A stretch of 50,972 bases of DNA from a virus. Its lineage: Duplodnaviria > Caudoviricetes. The notes under the pieces are model-generated. The model made no database searches. It was given only the letters and a program-made list of their open reading frames with translations, and was not told the origin of the DNA. The stretch is taken from positions 1 through 50,972 of IMG/VR virus record IMGVR_UViG_3300033076_000745; one strand, written 5' to 3'. The position numbers were made by a program, and so were the translations under genes. Below, one piece after another: positions 10,376-19,047 of this stretch (positions are counted from its first letter, which is position 1; each line of letters starts with the position of its first letter).

Positions 10376-11265
10376 TATTATTCCAAATGCATATAATGTG
10401 GTACGAGTCAGAGATGGTTAATGAAACTCTGGATTCTATACAAGCAGCTTTGGAACAAGCACCCGGATTAGATGTACGTTTAAAGTTCTGTATCAACAAG
10501 CAAACCTATTTAGAACAGCCACAAGAAGGAACTGTGGAAGAGATGGTATCTAAATTTATAGACCATCCGTTGATGAGTAGAGTTGAAATCTGGGAAAAAG
10601 ATAACAGATCAGCTTTTTATAATATAGCTGACTGGAGACGAGAAATATACAATCCAGCAGCTAAGTATACGGTTTGGGGAGAATCAGATACATTACTCCC
10701 AGTAGATTTTTTCTACATACTACAGCAGACTGAGATAGATACTCCTCATCTTCTAACTTTTGCTTCTAGACCGATGTGGGATAATAGCTGGGATATAGTA
10801 ACACATAATAACCTACAGGGATATAGTAAACCATGTAAATGCGAAACCGAACATAGACCAGACTGTATAGAGTTATTAAGGTCGCCATTGAAGTATAAAG
10901 ACGTAATAACACAAGAACAATTAGACGAGTTTAATCAACAGAGCGATATAGAGTTACAGCAAGTACCGTTAAAGATAGATGGTTCTCTTCTTTGTATTTC
11001 AAAAGGAGTTCCATACCCGTGGATACCTGCTGATATGCACTTTGTAAGAGAGGATACTTGTGCGGAGAATTTCTTTAAAGCTAAATTAATTCCTCAAATC
11101 TGTGTTACTACAAGATTAAAAGGACATAATTACTGGCATCCGAAGAAAAGAGTAAACACATCAGCTACTAGAAATGATGAGCTGTTTAAACAGTATGCAA
11201 AACAAAGTGAAGAAGCAATGGTAAAATTCTTAAGAGAAGTATATGAATCTAGTAACAATATATAG
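10372..11265 (+). CDS. Putative GT-A fold glycosyltransferase
   Basis: WGESD (DxD-like), EDT motif, operon context. Confidence 0.5.
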   Translation: MILFQMHIMWYESEMVNETLDSIQAALEQAPGLDVRLKFCINKQTYLEQPQEGTVEEMVSKFIDHPLMSRVEIWEKDNRSAFYNIADWRREIYNPAAKYTVWGESDTLLPVDFFYILQQTEIDTPHLLTFASRPMWDNSWDIVTHNNLQGYSKPCKCETEHRPDCIELLRSPLKYKDVITQEQLDEFNQQSDIELQQVPLKIDGSLLCISKGVPYPWIPADMHFVREDTCAENFFKAKLIPQICVTTRLKGHNYWHPKKRVNTSATRNDELFKQYAKQSEEAMVKFLREVYESSNNI

Positions 11266-12022
11266 AATTAGCGACTACAGTAATCCAGAGAAAGTAAAAC
11301 CTGATTACGCAAGCAAAGAAGACTGTCTGAGAGTCTATGTAAGGGAATTTACAAATAGTAACCTAATTGTACTGTGTGATAATGTATCACAGCAGACTTT
11401 GAAGATGGTACAAAAGTACGCAGATAAAGATAATGTGTATGTAACTAACAATGGAAATACCGGTTCGTTTTTAGCTAGTTTGGATATAGCAAATAGAATT
11501 GCAGTAGAGAAAGGATTGTTAGACGATACTATTTTTTATTTTCTAGAAGATGATTATCTTCATAGAAGAGGAGCACGTAAGATAATGTTCGAAGCGTTTG
11601 AAGATTTAAAAGCAGATTACGTAACATTATACGATCATCCAGATAAGTATCAAAACCTAAAAGACCCTAGATACGTTTGGGGACATGGGAGAGTAGATAT
11701 AGAAGAAGACGGTATTAGAAAACCGGGTATAATCTACAACGTAGGGAAACAAGATACGGTTTATGTAAGTAAATCAACACACTGGAGAACAGTAGAAAGC
11801 ACCACTATGACTTGGGCTACTACAGCTAAGAATGTTGTAGAAGATTTTCAAGATCTCTGGAGCCTTCACGAAGGACAGCCTTTACCAATGGGTGGAGCTA
11901 CTTTTAGAATGTTGGCTGAAAAAGGAAAGAAATTATATAGTCCATTAACTGCTTACTCAACACATGCCGAAGAAAAATGGATGGCTTATTTTGTTGATTG
12001 GAAAAAAGAATCATTATGTTAA
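11243..12022 (+). CDS. GT2-like glycosyltransferase
   Basis: IVLCDN, GNTGSF, YFLEDDYLH, YDHPDKY. Confidence 0.75.
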   Translation: MNLVTIYRISDYSNPEKVKPDYASKEDCLRVYVREFTNSNLIVLCDNVSQQTLKMVQKYADKDNVYVTNNGNTGSFLASLDIANRIAVEKGLLDDTIFYFLEDDYLHRRGARKIMFEAFEDLKADYVTLYDHPDKYQNLKDPRYVWGHGRVDIEEDGIRKPGIIYNVGKQDTVYVSKSTHWRTVESTTMTWATTAKNVVEDFQDLWSLHEGQPLPMGGATFRMLAEKGKKLYSPLTAYSTHAEEKWMAYFVDWKKESLC

Positions 12023-12846
12023 CACATTGTATTAGTACTTACAACAACCTACCTTATTTAAAGTTAGCAGTAGAGTCTGTTCGAAAGAATAGCTACTTCA
12101 AAGACGCTCCATTTATTATTCATGCTGAGAACTGTACAGACGGTACTTACCAATGGTTAGCAGATAATGGTGTAAAATATAACTTAACAGTTTATATAAA
12201 AGATTTAGAACCTTCCGGACTGGGGCAGGGCATGAACTTCATAGCAGAGAAATGCGAAACTGAATATATTAATTTTCTACATTCAGATTTTTACGTTACA
12301 AAGAACTGGGATCTAGAATTATTAAAAGTACATGAGGCTAATCCTGAAAAGAAGTTATGGGTTAATTCTTTTAGAATCGAACCTAATATGTTTAATTCTC
12401 CAGAACGCCCAGGTACTTTATTAGTACGGCCTGAAGATTTCGGAGCCTATCCTAATGATTTTGATACAGAGAAGCTAGAAAAGTATGCTGAACTTTTTGC
12501 AATAATGAATGAGTTTGAAATACCAAAAGGAGAAGGAGTTTCAGGATTAGTTAAGAAGACGGTTTGGGATGAAGTAGGAGGTAATGATCCTTTATTTGCT
12601 CCAACTAGTTGGGATGATATGGATTTATTCCTACGAATGAGACAAGCAGGAGTAGAGTTTGTAATGCCGTCTAAGTCTATTGTTTGGCATTTTGGAGCTA
12701 GAGGTAGTCACCGTCTTGAAGAGAATGGAGGACAGTCTTCTGAAAGACAGAAAAGAGCAGAAGCTGAAAATATCGGTAAATTTTTTAATAAGTGGAAAGG
12801 ATTACCAACCTTCGATGCTTATGGAATGATAAACGGAGTAAAATAA
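12016..12846 (+). CDS. GT2 glycosyltransferase (start moved to ATG 12016)
   Basis: ISTYNN, NCTDGT, FLHSDF, WDEVGGND, WDDMDLFLR. Confidence 0.9.
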   Translation: MLTHCISTYNNLPYLKLAVESVRKNSYFKDAPFIIHAENCTDGTYQWLADNGVKYNLTVYIKDLEPSGLGQGMNFIAEKCETEYINFLHSDFYVTKNWDLELLKVHEANPEKKLWVNSFRIEPNMFNSPERPGTLLVRPEDFGAYPNDFDTEKLEKYAELFAIMNEFEIPKGEGVSGLVKKTVWDEVGGNDPLFAPTSWDDMDLFLRMRQAGVEFVMPSKSIVWHFGARGSHRLEENGGQSSERQKRAEAENIGKFFNKWKGLPTFDAYGMINGVK

Positions 12847-14051
12847 TGGATAAAATAACATTTTGTATTCCTAGTAAGAACAACTTAAGGTACTTAAAAA
12901 CCTGTGTTAAGTCTATTAGAGAAAATGCATACCGAAAAGACCATAACATTATTATATTTGTAGATTCAGATAATGACGGAACAGTAAAGTGGTTAGAAGA
13001 GAATGCAAAACAGTACAACTTAGAGTATTATGTAAATCCTAAATTAGGTAAAGAACTCTTTGGTATCGGAATGGCATATGATTTTTGTATTAGTGAAAGC
13101 GATACAGATGTTTTTATGATCTTTCATGCTGATATGATCTTAGGTAAAGATGCAGATTATAATGCATATAACCAACTACAGGAAAAGACTGTAGTATGTT
13201 CTACTCGAATTGAACCTCCCCTACATCCTAATGCCGGAGAAAAGATCTTAATGGACTTTGGGGTATGGCCTGAAGAGTTTAAAGAAGAAGCATTTAATGC
13301 TTTTGTAGAAAGAGAAAATAAAACTGCTGAAGTAACAGAAGGTATTTTTGCTCCTTGGATGATGTATAAAAAAGACTATGCTACATTAGGCGGACACGAC
13401 CCTATTTTAAAATCAGCTAGAGAAGACTCAGATATTTTTAATAGAATGTTACTAGCCGGCTTTAACTTTATACAACCTTGGTCTAGCCTTGTTTACCATT
13501 TTACAGGTAGAGGTGGACAATTCCAGCATGGAAGTGTAGGAGAGAAGAAAGATGAAGAATGGCAACAGCTTATGAATAATTCTACTAGAGAGTTTATTCG
13601 TAAATGGGGTTCTAACGTTAAACACACGTCTCTAATGAAACCAATTGTTACGCCTAAGTACAATATAGGTTTTGCAGTTAAACATTGTAATTTACAGTTA
13701 TTAGATGCTTTAGAACCTTGGTGTGATAGGATTTATATTGATGACGAGATGGGAGTATTATTTGCATCTTATTACGAATATGAACATAAAAGAACTAGTT
13801 ACGATTTAAGAAAGAGAGTACTGACTCTAGGTTATCAAAATCCTCATGAATACGATGATATTGTAGTTGAGATAGACGGCAAGCAATTTACTAATCAGGA
13901 TTTTCAAGTATTACAGCAATTACCTGATATACTACAAGAACAAGGACAACCTGGCAAGTTTAAACTAGGTAATATGACTATTACAGTCCATCGTTTAGAA
14001 GAGTCCCAAAATTCTCTAATACATGTAACAACAAGCTATTTATTTACATAA
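12846..14051 (+). CDS. GT2 glycosyltransferase with C-terminal extension (start moved to ATG 12846)
   Basis: FCIPSKNN, DSDNDGT, FHADM, LGGHD, REDSD, VYHF. Confidence 0.9.
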   Translation: MDKITFCIPSKNNLRYLKTCVKSIRENAYRKDHNIIIFVDSDNDGTVKWLEENAKQYNLEYYVNPKLGKELFGIGMAYDFCISESDTDVFMIFHADMILGKDADYNAYNQLQEKTVVCSTRIEPPLHPNAGEKILMDFGVWPEEFKEEAFNAFVERENKTAEVTEGIFAPWMMYKKDYATLGGHDPILKSAREDSDIFNRMLLAGFNFIQPWSSLVYHFTGRGGQFQHGSVGEKKDEEWQQLMNNSTREFIRKWGSNVKHTSLMKPIVTPKYNIGFAVKHCNLQLLDALEPWCDRIYIDDEMGVLFASYYEYEHKRTSYDLRKRVLTLGYQNPHEYDDIVVEIDGKQFTNQDFQVLQQLPDILQEQGQPGKFKLGNMTITVHRLEESQNSLIHVTTSYLFT

Positions 14052-14071
14052 TTGAAAACATTTCAGACACT

Positions 14072-14458
14072 ATGAGCTATATTAACGAGATTAAACAAGT
14101 ACTTAAAGAAGCAGCAAAAGTAAATTTTGCAGGACATTCTTTTATACTAAAGGTAGATGTAAACGAGGATCCTCAAAAGAAGGGTATCAAAGTTCAATTC
14201 CTTCCAACTGAGTTTGGTGCAATTACACCAACAGAACAGAATGATATTGCTATTGAATTAGAGCAAAGACTTGAGAAAGGTTTAGCAGAATTTGGTATGA
14301 GAGTAGAGAGAGACCGTAACTTAAAAGATAAAACTATTGTAGGTTTCTTTATCTACATAGAGTATATTGACAAGATTGTACGTCAAGCTTTATCAGGACA
14401 AAACCCAGGTGCTACTCCAGAAAAAGAAGAAGCACCAGAGGATAAGCTAACAGCTTAA
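14072..14458 (+). CDS. Hypothetical protein
   Basis: 128-aa ORF preceded by TATTTAT at 14037-14043. Confidence 0.6.
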   Translation: MSYINEIKQVLKEAAKVNFAGHSFILKVDVNEDPQKKGIKVQFLPTEFGAITPTEQNDIAIELEQRLEKGLAEFGMRVERDRNLKDKTIVGFFIYIEYIDKIVRQALSGQNPGATPEKEEAPEDKLTA

Positions 14459-14498
14459 TAGTAGGTAATTAGAATAAGTTACTTTAAATTGATTACAT

Positions 14499-14912
14499 AT
14501 GAATGAAAAAACTGCGATAAGATCAATTGTAAAGAACTATTTAAAGGTTAATTTTAAGCTCAAGCTTAAAGAACAAGATAGAAGTCTTATGAATAAGAAG
14601 CTGTTTATGGAAACCTTGACTATTTTAAGAGAAATAGAAGATAGGAGAGATTTTATGGAGGAGGAAATTGGATTAGATCCAACAGTGTATGAAGAGAAAT
14701 TCATACAAGTAATAGAAAATCTCTTTAGAATGATATTTAATAAACAGCAACTAACCTTAATAAACCTGTATCTTTACGATTTAGTACACGATAAAGAATG
14801 GGACGGTAAATTGCAGTTAGACTTAAAGATAGGAAGCGGAGAAGTCCAGCATCAAGTTTTTGATTTTAGAACTCCGGAAGAGGTTTGGAATGTAATAGAA
14901 CTTCTTAAATAA
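14499..14912 (+). CDS. Hypothetical protein
   Basis: 137-aa ORF. Confidence 0.6.
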   Translation: MNEKTAIRSIVKNYLKVNFKLKLKEQDRSLMNKKLFMETLTILREIEDRRDFMEEEIGLDPTVYEEKFIQVIENLFRMIFNKQQLTLINLYLYDLVHDKEWDGKLQLDLKIGSGEVQHQVFDFRTPEEVWNVIELLK

Positions 14913-15042
14913 CTTCTTTATCTAGAGATAGAGGAGAGTTATGTTGTCTATGTTTTTTGATTACAGTAACTGGGTTAGTCTTAGCAATTGCGTAACCAAA
15001 TGATGAACAGACAACAAAAATAGAGATTAGTAAATTTATCAT
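14905..15042 (-). CDS. Small minus-strand ORF (45 aa, MINLLISIFVVCSSFGYAIAK...), hydrophobic N-terminus
   Basis: Read by hand; fills the intergenic gap and has its own minus-strand promoter-like motif. Confidence 0.45.
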   Translation of the reverse strand: MINLLISIFVVCSSFGYAIAKTNPVTVIKKHRQHNSPLSLDKEVI

Positions 15043-15060
15043 ATTATAATTATTTTAATA

Positions 15061-15091
15061 TAACTATAAGAAAAAATCCATTAAATAACAA
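15061..15091 (-). promoter_or_regulatory. Minus-strand -33/-7 promoter-like motif
   Basis: Minus strand reads TTG-N20-TATAGTTA, ending 18 nt before the ATG at 15042. Confidence 0.4.
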
Positions 15092-15144
15092 AAAAGTATA
15101 AGATTCTTTAGACCTTAATACAAGTTCTGTAAATTTTAATAAAA

Positions 15145-15336
15145 ATGATTTCCCTAGATTTAAAAAAGTATAAATCAATTGACCACGCCTTAAAGGTGTA
15201 TAAGCAAAAACACAATAAATTAGGTATTGTAAAAGAGTTAAGAGAGCGTCAAGAGTTTGTAAAACCTTCTGTTAAGAAGAGAGCTCAAAAACTAAAAGCA
15301 CAGTATATCCAGAAGAAGTTTGGATCTACTAATTAG
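15145..15336 (+). CDS. rpsU: Phage-encoded 30S ribosomal protein bS21
   Basis: SIDHALK.YK.K...GIVKELRERQEFVKPSVKKR...KAQY, the Bacteroidota-type S21 pattern. Confidence 0.9.
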   Translation: MISLDLKKYKSIDHALKVYKQKHNKLGIVKELRERQEFVKPSVKKRAQKLKAQYIQKKFGSTN

Positions 15337-15358
15337 GGAAACTTTTTTTAAAAAGAAG

Positions 15359-15389
15359 TGGCTTTTTGTATTACTTTTTCATATCTTTA
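15359..15389 (+). promoter_or_regulatory. -33/-7 promoter
   Basis: TGG-N20-TATCTTTA; AGGGA 47 nt upstream of TA. Confidence 0.7.
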
Positions 15390-15417
15390 TGAACTATTAA
15401 TTTAAAACGGTTATAAT

Positions 15418-15831
15418 ATGCAATTAGAAATGATTAACTGCACAAAGTGCAATTCCCCAATGCCTAAGTTGAGAAAAGAGAAATACGGATATTCTTTCTG
15501 TGTTAACTGCTCTACTGAAAAACCTTTAATGGCACGAACTATTACTTTCGGTACTGGAGACGATATCTGGACAGATACAGAAATTATTACACAAGACCAA
15601 GCTCAAAGAATTTTAGAGTTAGAAGCAAATGCTTTAGGAAGAAAAGTAGTAGGTGAGATCGAAGTATTAGATTTCGATACAGATGAAAGCCCAGTATCAC
15701 AATCAGCAACTCCTATTGTAAAACGTTTAATAGACGAAGAAGAGATGGATGACCAATCTGCTTTCGTTTACGATGCGGATTACGACTCTGTAGAAGAGGA
15801 GGAAGATGATGAAGATATTCTAGACGACTAA
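15418..15831 (+). CDS. DksA/TraR-type C4 zinc-finger protein with acidic tail
   Basis: CTKC..PMPKLR.......CVNC matches CxxC-x2-(I/M)PxxR-x7-CxxC; D/E-rich C-terminus. Confidence 0.6.
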   Translation: MQLEMINCTKCNSPMPKLRKEKYGYSFCVNCSTEKPLMARTITFGTGDDIWTDTEIITQDQAQRILELEANALGRKVVGEIEVLDFDTDESPVSQSATPIVKRLIDEEEMDDQSAFVYDADYDSVEEEEDDEDILDD

Positions 15832-15833
15832 AT

Positions 15834-16472
15834 ATGGCAAGACCGTCAAAGATATTATCCAAAGATGATGTACTACGTGCAATAAAGATGACTCGATCAA
15901 ATCGAGCAGCTGCCAGGTACCTTCATGTCTCTTATAATCATTACAAAAAGTATGCAAAGCTTTATAAAGATGAAGCAACAGGTCTAACTTTGTTAGAGAC
16001 TCACTTAAATCAATCAGGAAAAGGTATACCTAAATTTTTAGGTAACGGAGGTAAAGAACCACCTTTGATGGATCTGATAGAAGGACGTATTCCTGTAGAG
16101 CATTTTGATGCTAAGAAGATTAAGCAAAGGATTATCTTTGAAGCCTTGATTGAAGAGAAATGTAACAAATGTGACTTTAATGAACGAAGGGTTATAGATA
16201 ATAAGATCCCTTTAATACTTAATCACAAAGACGGAAACCAGAGAAACTATCATTTAGATAATTTAGAGTTCCTATGCTACAATTGCTCTTTCCTATATGC
16301 TGCTTCACCGATTACAGACGCTCAGGTAGACGGTATGGAAGATTACGTACCTTCTAAAGAAGAGTTTGGATGGGAATTAGATGAATATCATTTAGAGCAT
16401 TTAAAATCTCTAGGTCTATATAAAGAGGAAGAAGAAAAACCAATAGGGCATGAGTATATAACTCGTCAGTAA
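15834..16472 (+). CDS. HTH + HNH endonuclease-like protein
   Basis: SNRAAARYLHVSY helix-turn-helix; CNKC...HKDGN..N...NL..LCYNC. Confidence 0.8.
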   Translation: MARPSKILSKDDVLRAIKMTRSNRAAARYLHVSYNHYKKYAKLYKDEATGLTLLETHLNQSGKGIPKFLGNGGKEPPLMDLIEGRIPVEHFDAKKIKQRIIFEALIEEKCNKCDFNERRVIDNKIPLILNHKDGNQRNYHLDNLEFLCYNCSFLYAASPITDAQVDGMEDYVPSKEEFGWELDEYHLEHLKSLGLYKEEEEKPIGHEYITRQ

Positions 16473-16483
16473 TATTTATGTGT

Positions 16484-16639
16484 ATGGAAGATAAGTCAAA
16501 AAAAGGAAAACCTAAATTGAAAGGTAAGAGACCGAAGTCATTAGAAAGAAAAGTGGCTGATGATTTAATCAAGTTACATGAACGTAATGAGAAGTTACGA
16601 GAAAAGCAAATTAAGACGGACTTTTTTAAGCTATTCTAG
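16484..16639 (+). CDS. Small basic protein (51 aa)
   Basis: Hand-translated MEDKSKKGKPKLKGKRPK...; TATTTAT at 16473. Confidence 0.5.
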   Translation: MEDKSKKGKPKLKGKRPKSLERKVADDLIKLHERNEKLREKQIKTDFFKLF

Positions 16640-16670
16640 TTGGATTTAAGTAGAAAAGTTCGTACATTTA
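16640..16670 (+). promoter_or_regulatory. -33/-7 promoter
   Basis: TTG-N20-TACATTTA; ACGGA 47 nt upstream. Confidence 0.65.
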
Positions 16671-16689
16671 TTAACTAATCAGAATAATT

Positions 16690-17244
16690 ATGATATACAA
16701 GTTCAACAAAAATTCCTTAAATTTTGAGAAAACAAGTAAACTCAAATTATTAGCACGCCCTATTCTTGCTACAGCTATCATAACAGGTATATTTGGATAT
16801 ACTGTTAAACAAGAAGCAAAGATTCCAGAAGAACAGAAATTGATTGTTTTACAGGAAATAAATCAATTTTCAGAAGACAGGTTAGTAGAAGAGATCGCAG
16901 GTTTAAATTTTAGATTTCCACATATTGTATTAGCTCAAGCTAAATTAGAATCGAATAATTTCCGTTCATACTTATTTAAAGAAAATAACAATATGTTTGG
17001 GATGAAGCTTCCAAGTTCTAGATTAACTTTAGCAAGAGGAGAAGAACATGGGTATGCTTCTTATGAGAACTGGACAGAATCTTTAATGGATTATGCTTTG
17101 TACTATTCGAGCTACTTAAAGAATATTAGAACAGAAAGAGAGTATTATCAATTCTTATCAAAGTTTTATGCAGAAGATGTTGCATATGTTGAGAAAGTAC
17201 AAAATTTAATTAAAAACGAACAACTTAGATCTAAATTCAACTAA
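16690..17244 (+). CDS. GH73 glucosaminidase-like peptidoglycan hydrolase with N-terminal membrane anchor
   Basis: IVLAQAKLES, NNMFGMK, YASYENW.ES..DY, YAED..Y. Confidence 0.85.
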   Translation: MIYKFNKNSLNFEKTSKLKLLARPILATAIITGIFGYTVKQEAKIPEEQKLIVLQEINQFSEDRLVEEIAGLNFRFPHIVLAQAKLESNNFRSYLFKENNNMFGMKLPSSRLTLARGEEHGYASYENWTESLMDYALYYSSYLKNIRTEREYYQFLSKFYAEDVAYVEKVQNLIKNEQLRSKFN

Positions 17245-17260
17245 ATAAAAAACAAAGGTT

Positions 17261-17632
17261 ATGATGCAAATTTTTAAAACAATTGAAAACTTTTTTAAGA
17301 GAAAACCACAGTTCAACGACAAGGAAGCTAAGCTCATAGAGGTAGTGACTAAAATGGTAACAAGCCCAGATATTGATCTAGTTTGTAATCCAATGAACAA
17401 TGTGTATTACATTTCTAATGAGAAGCTTCACTATTACATGAAGGTTACAGACTTTGAAATTACTATTACAAATACAAAGTTCAACTACAACTACGTTTAT
17501 ACAAGTGCTCTTGGAACAGAAATACTTTCAATAGTTAGAAACACTATCAATCAGCAAGTTGAAGAGTTTGATAGAAAGGTTTTTGTTAACGAAGTAAACT
17601 TATTAACTAATATAGAAAAATCCATCCGATAA
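17261..17632 (+). CDS. Hypothetical protein
   Basis: ORF with AAAGGTT-ATG start context. Confidence 0.6.
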   Translation: MMQIFKTIENFFKRKPQFNDKEAKLIEVVTKMVTSPDIDLVCNPMNNVYYISNEKLHYYMKVTDFEITITNTKFNYNYVYTSALGTEILSIVRNTINQQVEEFDRKVFVNEVNLLTNIEKSIR

Positions 17633-17633
17633 G

Positions 17634-17963
17634 ATGCTAGAAATAAACGTACAGGACCATAGTGAGTTAGATGAAATCTTTAACCCAAATAATGTAGAGT
17701 TGATAGAGCAGATGTATAAAGCTGTTTCTGAAGCTCATAAAGAAGGTAAAACTTCAGCAGATGTATTTAGAATCACAGTAGGTGAATCAGATTATTGTTA
17801 CGAAGTAAGTATACCTCAAGCAGAATGGAATAACGTTTTAGATACGGTCCTTTCGTTTTTTCATAAAGAAGAGAGAACAGATGAATGTATTGATGTTTGG
17901 CAACTTCAAGAGGGAATTAAAGCAGGAAAAGTTGTAAAGAAAAAAGTTGCATCTAAAAAATAA
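17634..17963 (+). CDS. Hypothetical protein
   Basis: 109-aa ORF. Confidence 0.6.
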   Translation: MLEINVQDHSELDEIFNPNNVELIEQMYKAVSEAHKEGKTSADVFRITVGESDYCYEVSIPQAEWNNVLDTVLSFFHKEERTDECIDVWQLQEGIKAGKVVKKKVASKK

Positions 17964-17977
17964 TAATCGTATATTAA
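17947..17977 (+). promoter_or_regulatory. -33/-7 promoter
   Basis: TTG-N20-TATATTAA; CAGGA 47 nt upstream. Confidence 0.6.
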
Positions 17978-18005
17978 ATTATATAATCAATTAAACAGTT
18001 ATAAG

Positions 18006-18257
18006 ATGAATTACACACAAAAGATCTCAAAGATCGCAAGCAAGCGCCGTAACGGTGATGTACCACGTATTAGTGAAGTATTAGAGAACAACTACAGCAC
18101 TTCTCACATCACAAATGTATTAAATGGAGTTCGTTTCAACGACCGTATCGTTAATGCAGCTTATCGCTTGTTGTATCGTAGAGAAAGTAATGCTACTAAG
18201 ATTAGCAAATTGACAACAAAGTTATCAACAACTCAGTCAATGATCGCTGCTAAGTAA
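18006..18257 (+). CDS. Small basic HTH-like DNA-binding protein
   Basis: GDVPRISE....YSTSHITNVLNG resembles an HTH; has its own promoter and terminator. Confidence 0.5.
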   Translation: MNYTQKISKIASKRRNGDVPRISEVLENNYSTSHITNVLNGVRFNDRIVNAAYRLLYRRESNATKISKLTTKLSTTQSMIAAK

Positions 18258-18273
18258 GCAGATTAGAATGTAG

Positions 18274-18304
18274 AAAGAGGCCTCCTTTTAGGAGGTCTTT
18301 TTTT
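18274..18304 (+). terminator. Intrinsic terminator
   Basis: GAGGCCTCCT-TTT-AGGAGGTCTT hairpin followed by a T run. Confidence 0.85.
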
Positions 18305-18335
18305 GTTCTTTCCGGAAAAAAAGTTTAGTGAGTAG

Positions 18336-18366
18336 TGGCTTTTCTGCGTAATAGTCCGTATCTTTA
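18336..18366 (+). promoter_or_regulatory. -33/-7 promoter
   Basis: TGG-N20-TATCTTTA; CCGGA 47 nt upstream. Confidence 0.75.
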
Positions 18367-18400
18367 TGGAGTAAAGAAAGATAATTAAATAATAAAGGTT

Positions 18401-18631
18401 ATGAATAACAAATTAAGTTTCGAAAAATTAGAAAAAGTAAAAGAAGAGTTCGGTAATTTTGAAATCGGACAGGTTATGGGAGGTGCTAATGATATCTACT
18501 TCCGTTTTGGATATTGGCGTAGAGTTGATGAAGCAAAGCTTCAAGAGATTCTTGGAAGTACTTTTAAAGTAGTCGAAGATGATATCGACGATGATGATTG
18601 TGGTACTTTATATTCATATAAAATAAAATAA
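18401..18631 (+). CDS. Hypothetical protein
   Basis: ORF with AAAGGTT-ATG. Confidence 0.6.
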   Translation: MNNKLSFEKLEKVKEEFGNFEIGQVMGGANDIYFRFGYWRRVDEAKLQEILGSTFKVVEDDIDDDDCGTLYSYKIK

Positions 18632-18632
18632 G

Positions 18633-18974
18633 ATGTCAGAGAAAAGAGGACTTACAGTTAAGATTGAATACCCATTTAATACAGCAGGAGTATTAGAATG
18701 CTACTATCCAGATTCAGATAGCTGGTATAGAACAACAGCTTCTGAGTTTAGATCCTTTGACGGGAAGAGACGTATTACCCAGCCGGAATATGTTTCTAGA
18801 GCTAATACAAATATTCCTATGATTACAGAAGAATATTACGGACCAGTTTACCACCTCCATACAAACACAGTAGTACCAAGTAAGGGGTTAAATATGATTA
18901 TAGGAGGAACAAAGTGGCATGAAATATTCAACCCTCCTTCCGGAAAGAAACAGAAAAAAAAGTCAGTGAATTAG
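18633..18974 (+). CDS. Hypothetical protein
   Basis: 113-aa ORF (WYRTT..EFRSFDG.RRI). Confidence 0.6.
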   Translation: MSEKRGLTVKIEYPFNTAGVLECYYPDSDSWYRTTASEFRSFDGKRRITQPEYVSRANTNIPMITEEYYGPVYHLHTNTVVPSKGLNMIIGGTKWHEIFNPPSGKKQKKKSVN

Positions 18975-19005
18975 TGGCTTTTCAGTAACAAAGTTCATAT
19001 CTTAA
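18975..19005 (+). promoter_or_regulatory. -33/-7 promoter
   Basis: TGG-N20-TATCTTAA. Confidence 0.75.
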
Positions 19006-19047
19006 GGTATAATAAGAAATCAATTAAACAATTTAAAAATAAAGGTT

